From the human T2T-CHM13v2.0 reference genome, Homo sapiens, in assembly GCF_009914755.1 (NCBI RefSeq), contig NC_060937.1: a stretch of DNA of 64,000 nt; one strand, 5' to 3'. This document shows positions 28,874 to 39,559 of this stretch, in pieces (position 1 is the stretch's first letter; each line of letters opens with the position of its first letter). A model generated the notes under the pieces. That model saw only the letters and a list, made by a program, of their open reading frames with translations, was not told where the DNA came from and ran no database searches. The position numbers and the translations under genes are program-made.

Positions 28874-28909
28874 TGGCTGAGGCGGGTGGATCACGAGGTC
28901 AGGAGATCA
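28874..28909 (+). mobile_element. 36-bp internal Alu left-arm fragment (Sc/Y-type) between 14-bp direct repeats
   Basis: GGCTGAGGCGGGTGGATCACGAGGTCAGGAGATCA flanked by AGATATATAGTTTG (28860-28873, 28910-28923). Confidence 0.85.
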
Positions 28910-28949
28910 AGATATATAGTTTGCTATTTAAATTATTTTAAGACTATGT

Positions 28950-29069
28950 CTTAAGACCATTTTAAGACTATCTCTAAGACCAAAAATGAAATTGGTCTTG
29001 GAGATGAAAATGGTCTTAAGCCTATCTTCAAGACCAAAAAGGAAATTGATCTTAGAGATGAAAATGTTG
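28950..29069. repeat. 54-bp tandem duplication with internal inverted repeats
   Basis: Units 28962-29015 and 29016-29069; inverted arms 28950-28963/29007-29020 and 28970-28983/28992-29005. Confidence 0.9.
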
Positions 29070-29768
29070 TGAATGGCTGCTTCAGATAGGGCAGAAATGT
29101 GCTTGCTTTTAGAATAGTTTGAAAGAGGATCCAAAAGAAAATCTCGGGGCCATAGAATGTGTTCAGATCAAGTTTTCTGAAAGAGAGAAAGCAAAAGCAA
29201 CAGAGCCCCCTGTATGTTTGACATTTACATTAGGAGAACAACTTAAGCCTTGAAGAACTTGCTGTAAACATGCTCCATGACATGGAAAGGGGCACGTCTT
29301 CTAAAAGCTGAAGCCAGAGATATTCATGTATACTAGTCAACTGTCAGCCAGGCTATTAACATGCCACTTGGAAAGTCACTAGATGTTAAAAAAGTAGAAT
29401 GAAATAATTATTTATTAAATACTCCACATTTTTGAAATGTAAGGGTAATTAATCCATATACAAAGAAATATTTGGTAAAAAGGAATTACTAATTTGTTGC
29501 CTTCTATATTCCTGAATGATTCCATGGACTTCAAGGTCATTTGCCAGTCACCTCGGTCTCTATGTGACAAAACACTATTCTAGGCTATAGTATTATTACA
29601 AATCTGTAGTATTAGATGATCACAGCTGAGATGCAAGGAGGTGGGCATTATTAATTTTAAATAAAATTTAATGAGATATTATTTCTATAGCGTATATTAC
29701 ATTCACTTAAAGTGCAGATTTTATGCGTCTTGACAGTTGTATACAACATCAATTACAAGCAAGGTACA

Positions 29769-30129
29769 TGTCAGCCCATTTTCTGCTGTTATCATGGAAT
29801 ACCATACACTGGATAATTTATAAAGAAAGATTTATTTGGCTCACAGTTCTTGGGGCTGGGAAGTCCAAGATCAAGGGGCTGCATCTGGTAAGGGCCTTCT
29901 TGCTGCATCATAACATGGCAGTAGGTATCACATGGTGAGAGAGTGCATGCCTAAGAAAAAAGAAGGCTGAACTTCTGAAATAACTAACCCACTCCTGCTA
30001 CAATAGCATTAATCTATTTATGAGAGTAGACCCCTCATGACCTAATCACCTCTTAAAAGTTCCATCTCTTAATACCATCACAATGCCAATTAAATTTCAA
30101 TATGAATTTTGGAGGGGGCATTCAAAACA
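29769..30129 (-). mobile_element. MST (MSTC/D-like) MaLR LTR
   Basis: GGATAATTTATAAAGAAAGATTTATTTGGCTCACAGTTCT..AAGTCCAAGATCAAGGGGCTGCATCTGGT..CCCTCATGACCTAATCACCTCTTAA. Confidence 0.85.
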
Positions 30130-31194
30130 TTTTATCACTCCCAAAAGATTTCTTGTGTCCCTTTGCTGTTCATTCCTTCCTCCACTCTGAACCATGGGTG
30201 ACCACTGGTCTACTTTCTGTCACTGTAGGTTAGTTTGTATTTTCTAAAATTTTATGTAAATAGTCATACAATATGCACTCTCTTTTCTTTGGGTTCTTTC
30301 ACTCAAACTAATGATTTTGAAATTCATTTATGTTATTACATAAATATAACAGTTCATTCCTTTTTATTGTTGAGTAGCATTATATAATATGTATACATTT
30401 TATTTTGTTTATCCATGTACCTGTTAATAAATATTTAGCTTCTTTATGGGTTTTTTTTTTTTTTTGGCTATTATGAACATTTTTGAACATTCATGTGCTA
30501 GTCTTTGTATGGACACTTGTTTTTATTTCTCTTGGGTAAGTATCCTAGGTGTGGATCATAAGTTAGGTGTATGTTTAACTTTTTAAGTAAAACAGTGAAT
30601 GTAAAATGGTACAAACCATTTGATGTTTTACCACTTTACATTTCTATCAGACGTGTTTAGGAGTTCCAGTTGCTCCACATCCTCACTAATACTTGGTATC
30701 ATCAGTAGTTTTAATTTTAGTGAGTCTAGCAGGTCCAAGAGGTATCTTACTGTGATTTTACCTTACATTTCCTCAGTATCTGATGACATTGAGAATCTTT
30801 TTGTATGCTTATTAGCCATTTAATATCTTATTTTGTAAAGTGTCTGTTCAAATCTTTTGTACGTTATAAAAATCAAGTTGTCTTTTCATTACTGAGTTCT
30901 TTCTATATTCTTAATATGAGTCCTTAAAACATAAATACATATATTTTCTCCTCCTCTGTGGCTTGCATTTTCATTCTTAATGATGTCCTTTGAGGATCAT
31001 GAGTAATTTTGATGAAGTCCAACTTGTTAAATTCTCTTTTATAGTTCATGTTTTCTGTATTTTAATTAAGAAATCTTTGCCTAGTCCAAGATCACAAAGA
31101 TTTTCTCATTTGTTTTCTTCTAGAAGCTTTATAGTTTTAACTTTTATATTTAGGTCAATAATTATTTTGATTTCATTTTTATGCCTGCTGTGAG

Positions 31195-31725
31195 GTATAT
31201 TATCTACTACTAAATAACAAATTACTCCAAAATTTAGCAGTTAAAGCAACAAATAAATTTCTTGTCTCACACAGCTTATAAGAGTCAGGAATTTGGAAGT
31301 GGCTTAGTTGAATGATTCTGGCTTAGGACCTCATGAGGCTATAGTCAAACTGCTGGCCATGGCTGTAGCCCTCAGTAATCTGACCAGGGCCAAGGGGTCT
31401 GCTTGCAGGGTGGGTCACTCACATACCTGTTGACAGAAGGTCTCAGTTTCTTGCTGTATAAAACTCTCTACAAGGCTGTCTGAGTGTCCTCACAACTTTG
31501 CTGTGGCTTTCCCTAGAGCAAATGATCTAAGAAAGAACTAGTGAAGAAGAAATCAAGGTGTCTCTTGTAACTTACTGTCAAAGCTTGACACCATCACTTC
31601 AGCTTGATTCTATTCATTAGAAGTGAGACTCTAAGTCCATCTCACATTCAAGGTGATAGGAGTTAATTTATACCTTTTTAAGGGATGAGTATCAAAGAAT
31701 TTGTGGGCATATTTTGAACAACCAC
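31195..31725 (-). mobile_element. MLT1F/G-like MaLR LTR
   Basis: TAACAAATTACTCCAAAATTTAGCAGTTAAA..GTCAGGAATTTGGAAGTGGCTTAG..GAGTATCAAAGAATTTGTGGGCATATTTTGAACAACCAC. Confidence 0.85.
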
Positions 31726-32369
31726 TTGAGATAAAGTTCAAAGTTCACTTCTTTCCCATGTGGATATCCAATTGTTCTACTATCATTTGTTGAAAATATT
31801 TTTTTCCCCATAGCTGGCATCAGAATTTTACTTTCTTTTCCAGATGAATTCTATTCATGGTTATATTTCAAAAGCAAACTCAATTTTTTAAAATTTAAGC
31901 CTACAGCAAAAGGTTATTAAAAATACAAAAATGAAAAATTCAAATGATGGTATTCATTCTAATAATGTACTTTCTGTAAGTTTGCATTTTCAATTTGCAA
32001 TTGCAATAGTTAATACAATCTTGGAACATTAATGTTGGAAGACATCTAAGACATTAGCTAATTTATCTCAGTTTTATGAATATTGAAGCAGAAGTGTTAG
32101 GAGACTAAATGAATGGTTCAGGACATAATATAAGATATAGGCAGATCTGAGAATATTAGCTATTTAATATCCTGGCTGGGTAATCTTTCTGATATATCAA
32201 CAGTCGAAAAGTCCTTGACATGAGCAGTTATCACCTTGGTCTCTGAAACTGTTATATTAAAGTCCACAAGGAGCACTTTTTAATTTCACCTTATTAATTG
32301 CATTTGTGTGAAAATCAGTCTTGTTCCTTCTATCCCTTTCCTTATTCCCTTAATATTTCTGTTTCATCC

Positions 32370-32510
32370 ACTGATCCATCTATCCACTCATTATTGTTTA
32401 ATTCACACATGTGTTGAATGTCTTCTATGAACCAAACATTGGTCCAAATGCTCAGGACACAAATATTAGAAGAACACTGTCTTTGCCCTCAAGGAACACA
32501 GAGTCTGACT
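32370..32510 (-). mobile_element. L2 3' fragment
   Basis: ATCCATCTATCCACTCATT..GTTGAATGTCTTCTATGAACCA..CTTTGCCCTCAAGGAACACAGAGTCT. Confidence 0.6.
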
Positions 32511-32846
32511 TCTTCTGTGAGCACTAATGTATCATCTCTCTCCATGACATAAGCTTTTGGATTTGAGATTGTGTGTCTATCAGGTCATCACCCAGAAACC
32601 AAAACCTTTGAGAAAAATGGGATTTCCTAGAATTATAGAGATTGCAAATGTTTGTCAATACTCCATGTGAAGGAGCTACAGAAAATGGAGGCCTTCCATC
32701 AAAAGCATGGATTTTTCTCTTAGTTTGTACCATAATCAATATTCCTAAGGAAATCTATGAAAGAAAATGCCAGGACTTTGGGGGATCAGTCAGAGAAAGT
32801 TTCACTGTTAGCTTGCTTAACTGGTTTCTATAAAATATGAGTCTCC

Positions 32847-32992
32847 TAGCTGGATGATTCCAGCTCAGGACCTCGTGAGGTTACAGTCAAACTCCTGGCC
32901 ATGACTGTAGCCATCAGTAGTCTGACAGGGACTGGCAGGTCCACTTGCAGTGTGGCTCACTCACGCAGCTCTTGGTTATGTGGTCTCAGCTT
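32847..32992 (-). mobile_element. Isolated internal MLT1 fragment, colinear with 31305-31449
   Basis: Ungapped ~80% match (hand count) to the neighbouring MLT1 copy. Confidence 0.8.
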
Positions 32993-33729
32993 GATTATGT
33001 GTTAGATATTTGAGTTGCAAATTGGGGATTACTATGGCACTGGAAGGGAGGTGTTTTGGTGGGGTGCAAGCACAAGGTTTTTCCTGTTCATGATGAAAGC
33101 CTACTTCCCCATGAGCATGGTGCTTTATGAAGCTTTATTCCATGCCTTTCATGATTCAACCATCACTGAAGCATGAATGAAAGAGGGCTTTGAGATATAC
33201 CATGTGACACCTGGTCCCCTCTGCACCCTTCCACCCCAGACTGTTTCTCACAATTAGAGCTGCCAACAGCTGCACCTTGGCTGGGCATCTACTAATGGAA
33301 TCCTCACAGAGCAGTCAAATATCATTTCTTCTTTGTTTTCATAAAGTGAATAAAGAGTTTTAGGAAATCTCACCCATGCCCTTAGAATAGAGAGGTCTCT
33401 TTCTACAGTTGGTGCAGTTAAGTCAGGCTGCAAAGTCTGTCAAATTGAGCTGCTATTCTGATGATGCAGCCACCTTTTGACAGATACCAGTGGCAGCTGA
33501 ATGGAGGGTACAGAAACAGAAGCCACTTTGGTGGAGGCTTAACCCAAGCTCTGCTGTGGATCAATGATAAAGGTCAATTAGCCAGATTATCTTTGCATAG
33601 AACTGTATGAAAGAATGAGAATAACGGAATGGAAACAGAAAATTTCAGACCTGATCTCTGGACTTGTATCAAACGGCTGCGGGTGGAGGAAAGGGCACAA
33701 CTCTCATTCCAAAAAAGGCAGCTTTTCCT

Positions 33730-34275
33730 CTAGGACATGAGATTCTATGAACCTGACAGAGTTCTTAGTATAAACACAGAGATGAACTGTAGTTGATTTA
33801 AAGGGGAAAGAAATATGTTAAAAGACAAATGTGTGCTCACAGAATCATTGAGAGAACCAGGCTTCAGGCCCCACAGAGACCCAAAATTATACTGGGGAAA
33901 TTAGGTAAATGAGGACACTGCACTGTAGCTGCTAAACATTGGATGGGGCCATTTGCACTCTGTCACCACCAGCCCTGGCCTCTGGACACCCATCACCACT
34001 GTCACCAGTGAAGATTCCCTGAGCCTTTCCTCCTTTGCCCTAGTGGTTCTCAAGTCAAAGTCTAGGAAGGTAGGTCTGATTGATGGAGCTTGGTCTCCTG
34101 ACCATGTCTAGCTGCAAGGGAGGCCGGGAAAGTGGGTACTGGCATTTTCAGCTTCAATGTGGGAGGTGAGTCCTAATTCTTTCTAAAATGCATATTATTG
34201 GAGTGGGATTCACCACACATAGGAGAAGGGTTCAGAAACTGGGCAACTCCCTTAAGAAAAAAAGCACATCCATTT
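33730..34275 (-). mobile_element. MLT1K/L-like old MaLR LTR
   Basis: GTCTGATTGATGGAGCTTGGTC..CTAGCTGCAAGGGAGGCCGGGAAAGTGGGTACTGGCATTTTCAGCTTC. Confidence 0.7.
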
Positions 34276-34401
34276 GAAAAGTTCTAAATTCTGATGAGGA
34301 ATAAGAGAGGATAGGGGTAGAGTCTAAGTGAAGCTAATGACTGGGGAGATTAACTTAGGGAAAGTTCCCTGCTCCAGTAAAGAATCTGGAAAGACAGAAT
34401 T

Positions 34402-34568
34402 TGGTGTTCCTTGACTTTGGCTTCAATTAGGATCACCTGGGGAGCATTCAAAAAATACTGTTGTTTGGGCTCTTTTCTAGACCAGTTAAGTCAAAATTCC
34501 TGGGAGTGACTTATGTTCTGAAAGCTCCTCCCTTGTGATTCTAATGTGTGGTCAGGGATGACAGCACT
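34402..34568. mobile_element. MER5A-like hAT element
   Basis: ATTAGGATCACCTGGGGAGCATTCAAAAAATACTG..AGACCAGTTAAGTCAAAATTCCTGGGAGTG..GTGATTCTAATGTGTGGTCAGGG. Confidence 0.75.
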
Positions 34569-34630
34569 CAATTACATCAAAAGGCACCTGGAGAAGGGAA
34601 ACAGGTAGGCTCTGGAGTGCCTGCAGGCAG

Positions 34631-34649
34631 GTGCCAGGAGGTGGCATCC
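34631..34649 (+). promoter_or_regulatory. CTCF-like motif
   Basis: GTGCCAGGAGGTGGCATCC versus core CCASYAGRKGGCRS (2 mismatches); motif only. Confidence 0.25.
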
Positions 34650-35202
34650 ATCCACAGCCACTTGCAGCATGTTTGGCATTTTTCTGATCTAGCACTGCTG
34701 AGCAACAGCAGGAATCTTCCTGTAATTCACTGGCATTTTTAAAGGCCTAACGTGATGCACACATGTGAGGTTTTCTAAAACCTGAAAAACATTGTTGCAT
34801 GATTAATAAAAGCTCTTTTCTCCAAGCAGCAGGGGAGGGAGAAGGGAGGTGGCTGTGTAGATCGAGGCCAACTGCTGGGGAGCCGTGGGCTTGTTAACTA
34901 GAGCCCACCACTGAAACCCTCACGCATTTGTCCTGGAATGATTAATTTTTCTAGTTAGGTGGGTTGAGTGGGAGGAGAGTGAGCAAAGCCTGGGTTTGGG
35001 CTTCGGAAAGATGCCCCAGTGTGCACAGCTGGACGAGACTCTTCGAGGAGCCCAAGTAGTCTGTTCAGGAAACTCAGAGGGAGGAACAGTTCCCAGGCTA
35101 GTTGCCTTTGCGAATCACACAGACTTCTGTGCCCAGTGTAGCCCTTGGCTCAGCTAGGAAAGATTTGCAACACCAAATGCCTCTAGGCTTATTTAAGAAT
35201 AC

Positions 35203-35577
35203 TGTCTTTGTCCATTCAGCTGCTGTAATGAAATACTATAGATAGATTGGGTAGTTTCTAAATGAAAGAAATTTATTTCTCACAGTTCTGGAGGTGGGGA
35301 AGTCCAAGATCAAGGTGCTGTCTGACTTGGTGTCTGGTGAGGGCCCCCCTCCTGTTTCACAGATGGCACCTTCTTGCAATATCCTCACATGGTGGAAGCG
35401 GGTGAACAAGCTCCCTGAAGCCTCATTTACAAGGGCACTAATCCCATTCATGAGGGTGGAGCCCTCATGCCCTAATCACCTCCCACAGGCCTCACCCCCT
35501 AGACCATCACCTGTGGGGGTAGGGTCAGGATTTCAACATGTAAATCGCAGAAGGACACAACTTTCAGACCATAACAG
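35203..35577 (-). mobile_element. MLT1A0-type MaLR solo LTR
   Basis: TGTCTTTGTCCATTCAGCTGCT..AAATTTATTTCTCACAGTTCTGGAGG..AAGTCCAAGATCAAGGTGC..TCAGACCATAACA. Confidence 0.9.
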
Positions 35578-36464
35578 CTACTACCTGAGAAGGTGGGAGG
35601 TTTGGGATCCAGGTAAATTTTCACGATGCTAAATTTCCTTCCCAGTTTCAGACTAGATGAAATATGAAGGAAAGCAATTAAGCAAAGAATGTGTATCAAG
35701 GAGTCAAATATTTCATGAAAAAGCCAGTGGCAGCAAGTATCAATATTTGCTTTCCAGAGTAAACATCTCAGAGGACGTATCTGGAGCAAGGCGGGAGGCA
35801 TGGAGCACAGCGAGGGAGAGTGAACAGCGAGCCCTCTCCAGCCAGCTCCCTCATCAGTCTCTATTCGCTGGTTACGAACATGATGAATGATACCACAGGA
35901 GCAAAGCTGCCATCTCTGCCCTTTGCCGGCCCCATTAAGGTGGTTTGGCTGTAACCTTGAGGAATAGATTCTAAAGGGCACAGTGCTGATCAATGCTCCC
36001 AACTCAACTCCCCAAAGCCACCTCCTGTGAAATCACATGTCCATGCCTGCTCTTGTCCTCTTTTGAAATTAGTCAGTGGCGCTGAAATTAGTCTTGACAA
36101 CAGAAACCTTCCAAGTGTTGGTTTATGTTCTTGGAGCAAATTATTGGCTGTAAGAACAATTTGGGGAAAAAAAGGAGCATTGAGAGGATTCATGGAAATG
36201 TGTGGCAATAATTAGGCTGCAGTGGCACAGAGTCCTGGTGGTGATTGCTGGTCCTTTTAAACTTGACAGAAATTTTCATAAATTGAAGTAGAGGAATGGA
36301 CCTTTAAAAGAGGAGTAATTTTCTTTAATATTTATAATGGTAATATTTGTGTTTGGCACATAATTTAACAAATATATATTAGTTGCCTACTATCCTCTGT
36401 GCTGTTACTACTAGGATGAATTCGTCAGTGTTCCCACTGTTCGTGCAGATCTGATATTTTCGTG

Positions 36465-36628
36465 AGGGGCGGGGGTGGGAGAGGGGTGGATAAGGAGAAA
36501 TTACTTAAGGTATACAGTATACATTATTTGGATGATGAATACCCCAAAAGCCCTGACTTGATCTACGCAATCTATGCAGTAACAAAATTGCACTTGCACC
36601 TCATAAATTTGTACAAGTGAAAAAAAAA
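36465..36628 (+). mobile_element. 5'-truncated L1 3' end (L1PB/L1MA-type)
   Basis: G-rich tract, then TACATTATTTGGATGATGAATACCCCAAAAGCCCTGACTT..GTAACAAAATTGCACTTGCACCTCATAAATTTGTACAA and A tail. Confidence 0.85.
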
Positions 36629-37099
36629 TTTTAGTACGATTCTCAGGTATTACTACGCAAAAACGAGAGAGAGAGAGAACCATAATCAGTTCATTTCAAT
36701 AAAATAGAGTTAGTGATAGGATTGAGGTAAGCATAGGATGCTACGGAAGAGAAGAGAGGGGGCAGATGATATGCAAGGTGAAGTCTGATATTTTCTTTGT
36801 ATTTTGAGCAGTGTGTGTATGTGTGTGTGTATGTGCATGCATGCATGTATGTGTTGAGGGGTGGGTGGACAACAAACAGTTTGTTATTAATGCAGCCGAA
36901 AGTGCAGGTCAAGGAGTGGCAGGATTTGGAGATGAAGATGTAGGGGTATGTCTTGCAGAGCTCTATATGCCAAGCTAAGCAGTTTGGATTCTTCTCTCTG
37001 CATACTGGAGGATCTTAAAACTCATTGGCATTAGAATTATTTGGGATTTCTCAGATCTCTTGCTCTTCAACAACAACAACAAATAATTATTTAGAATTT

Positions 37100-37380
37100 T
37101 GCCACTGAGTGTGGTCCCCAAACCAAAAGCCTAGTTATAACCTGGGAATCTTTTAGCAATGCAGAATTCCACTCCCCCTATAGCCACAGAAGGAGAGTAC
37201 GTATTCTAATAAAGTGATCCATATGCATCTTATCAGTAAAGCTTGAGAAGTCACCTAGGGAGCTTGTTGGAAAATGAAGATTCCTTGATTATCAGATTTT
37301 ACTTCAGTAAAACTGGGGTGACATCCTGGCGCTTGCATTTCTAACAATCGTCCCAAGTAATTCTGCTGCAGGTGGCTGAG
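37100..37380. mobile_element. MER5-family fragments
   Basis: GTGTGGTCCCCAAACC..ACCTGGGAATCTTTTAGCAATGCAGAATTCC and TTGCATTTCTAACAA..AAGTAATTCTGCTGCAGGTGG. Confidence 0.65.
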
Positions 37381-38228
37381 GATTTAAAAAAAAAAGAAAA
37401 AAAAAGATGCTCTTATTGCCTATTTGGCTATCATATGAATTTAGCTTCTTGTTGGAGACATGTATACATCATGATATGATCCCTCACTTAATACAAATCT
37501 TGAATGGTAGTCCCAGGTAACACTGGCTAAAACAAAAGCTTAGCCCACAAACCTGGAAGGTGGCTCTGACCACACAGAAAGCCTGGCCAGGACCTGAGGC
37601 CCAGAAGTCCCCAGAGACAAACAGATAAGCTGAGCACAGACTCTCCTCACTGTGCACTCTGGCTGGTTCTAAGTAATCTAAAAGCAATGACTATGCTATC
37701 TAATTCTTCTGAGTACATTTACAGAGAGACTTACTCGCCTGTCTTGAATGTTGGCAGAGAAACTGGAGTTTCAAGGAGTGGAGGACTCATTAGCAGCCAA
37801 GAAATGTGTCTTCAAAGCTGGCGGCCAGTCAGAAGCAGATCAGTGAGGGCAGGGAGGGAGGGAGCATGCAGAGCCTCTGACAGCAGGATGCCAAGGACTG
37901 CAGGGAGCTAGGTGGAATTAGTCAACCAGACAAATAGCACTAACATTTCCATGTGGGGGAAATGGATTATTCAATCTGTCTTTAGACTGCAGCCCAGGTG
38001 CTCAAGCAACTCAGTTTCCATCCCTGGGAGCAACACAGCCATATAGAGGAATGTAGTCTTGCATATGGGGGCGCTGGCTGGGGCCAGGGTCCTCTCTGTC
38101 ACAGTGATATTACACATGTTCTCCCTGTGGCCATCTTGGGAGGTGAGGCAGCTGCTGTTTCAATGTTAATTAACCACTCAGCAAATCTATGCTTTCCAAC
38201 CAAGCACAATTTCAGTGTTGGTGTATCC

Positions 38229-38411
38229 CCTTGGTTCTCAAACTCTAGTGTGCATCAGTCGCCAGCAGAGCTTGTTAAAACATTGCTGGACCCCACCCCT
38301 AGGGTATCTGATTGAGTAGGTCTGGGGTGGGGCCTGCGAATGTGCATTTCTATCAAGTTCCCAGGTGATGCTGATGCTGCTGGTCTGGGGATCACACTTT
38401 GGAAATTACTG
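38229..38411. mobile_element. MER5A hAT element
   Basis: TGGTTCTCAAACT..GTAGGTCTGGGGTGGGGCCTG..TGCATTTCTATCAAGTTCCCAGGTGATGCTGATGCTGCTGGTC..CACACTTTGGAAATTACTG; 8-bp flanks GTGTATCC / GTGTAGCA. Confidence 0.92.
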
Positions 38412-38412
38412 G

Positions 38413-38740
38413 TGTAGCAGCCACTGTGCTTCCCTGCCCAGATTCACAGTGGAAATGTAAAATTTATTCCTCCAGCTTATAGAGATTCTGTGGTCACAGT
38501 TGTCACTCAGCTGTCAGCCACTTTGGGAGCTGTTCACAGCTGGACACAGCCTCCTTGCTTGAGGTCATGCCACTTCTCTGGAGAAGGCTTCATTCAATGA
38601 TTGGTGGATACAGGGGAGTAGAAGCCCTCACTCCAGGATGAAGATTCAGAAGGGCCACGCAGTGACAGAATCCCTGTGGAACTGACTACAGCCCTTGTCA
38701 TGACTGTGCCACAGCTCAACTCTTTCCTCCACTCTGTGCA
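38413..38740 (+). mobile_element. LTR16C-like ERVL LTR, 3'-truncated
   Basis: TGTAGCAGCC..CCCAGATTC..GAGGTCATGCC..CATTCAATGATTGGT..GAAGGGCCA..CAGCTCAACTCTTTCCTC matches recalled LTR16C. Confidence 0.7.
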
Positions 38741-38744
38741 TGTA

Positions 38745-38940
38745 GGTGGCCACATAGGAACTCTCCCTTATGACCACCACTGGGAAAGGACAAAATGCTG
38801 AGCTTCGTTCATGGATGGGTTTGCTATCTATGGTGGGTGCGAGCAAGATAAAAATCGAGGACAGTTATAGGACTCCCACTCAGAAATTGCCTTGAAACAC
38901 AGCAGTAAGGGGAAGTTCTCCCAAGGGGCAAGGTCTATTG
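38745..38940 (+). pseudogene. ERVL pol (RNase H) remnant
   Basis: One frame from 38763: LPYDHHWERTKC*ASFMDGFAIYGG..SHSEIALKHSSKGKFSQGA, versus ERVL VPYDQL..AWFTDGSARY..LKDSGEGKSSQWAEL; two stops. Confidence 0.75.
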
Positions 38941-39074
38941 GCCAAGTCAGTGGGGTAGGGCTGTCGACTTGTTTCTGTGGGAGACACTGCAAAGCTACAT
39001 AGCACAGGAGGTAGATGTATAATTTCATGACAGGAAAGTAGTGAAGAACTGGGAACAATAATCCAATCTATCAC
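38941..39074 (-). mobile_element. MLT1H-like LTR 5' fragment
   Basis: Reverse complement GTGATAGATTGGATTATTGTTCCCAGTTCTTCACTAC..TAGCTTTGCAGTGTCTCCCAC. Confidence 0.7.
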
Positions 39075-39084
39075 TGATGGAGTG

Positions 39085-39555
39085 GACAGTACAGTTACAT
39101 GAAAATTATTACTAGAATATGAAAAGCACATTGGTATAGATTTGTTGAGGGTATTCAAGAGGCACAGGAAAAGGGGATCTGCCCCAACCTGGAGTGAGCA
39201 CAGGATAAGGACAGCTTCTGGGAGGACGTCATGCCAGAGAGGAAAGAATAGAGTAAGTCCAGGCAAACTAGGGCACAGAATTGAGAGCTGGGAAGCTCAG
39301 GAGATGAGGTTAGAAAAATAGGGAGGTGACTAGGTCATGTTGTATCTTGAAGTCCTCAAAAAGGAATTTGAAATTTCTTCTGAGATATTGGAAATTTGTT
39401 GAAGGGCATTAAGCAAGATTCATGATCAGATACAGGTTTAAAAATGGTTATTCTGGCAGCAGGATGTGGGATAGTTTGGAAAGAGTGGTGAGGAAACAGA
39501 GAGAGGAATTTGCAAGTCCTGGCAATGGTCCAGGCAGGAGAGGAAATGGTGGAAG
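39085..39555 (-). mobile_element. L2 fragment
   Basis: GATGAGGTTAGAAAAATAGG..AAGGAATTTGAAATTTCTTCTGAG..GAAGGGCATTAAGCAAG..ATGATCAGAT..TTCTGGCAGCAGGATGTGG. Confidence 0.7.
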
Positions 39556-39559
39556 CAAA

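Larger units (their letters stand above)
29660..31825 (-). mobile_element. Old L1M 3' region interrupted by two MaLR LTRs
   Basis: CACTTAAAGTGCAGATTTTATG, TTCATTCCTTTTTATTGTTGAGTAGCATT, GAGTTCCAGTTGCTCCACATCCTCACTAATACTTGGTAT, ATGTGGATATCCAATTGTTC..CATTTGTTGAAAA. Confidence 0.85.

Noticed and set aside
28940-29069. Repeated TAAGAC words resembling a CRISPR-like array
   Set aside because: No constant repeat with unique spacers; explained by tandem plus inverted duplication in eukaryotic DNA.
35294-36002. 112-aa and 167-aa ORFs
   Set aside because: Overlap an MLT1A LTR; no domain or coding signal.
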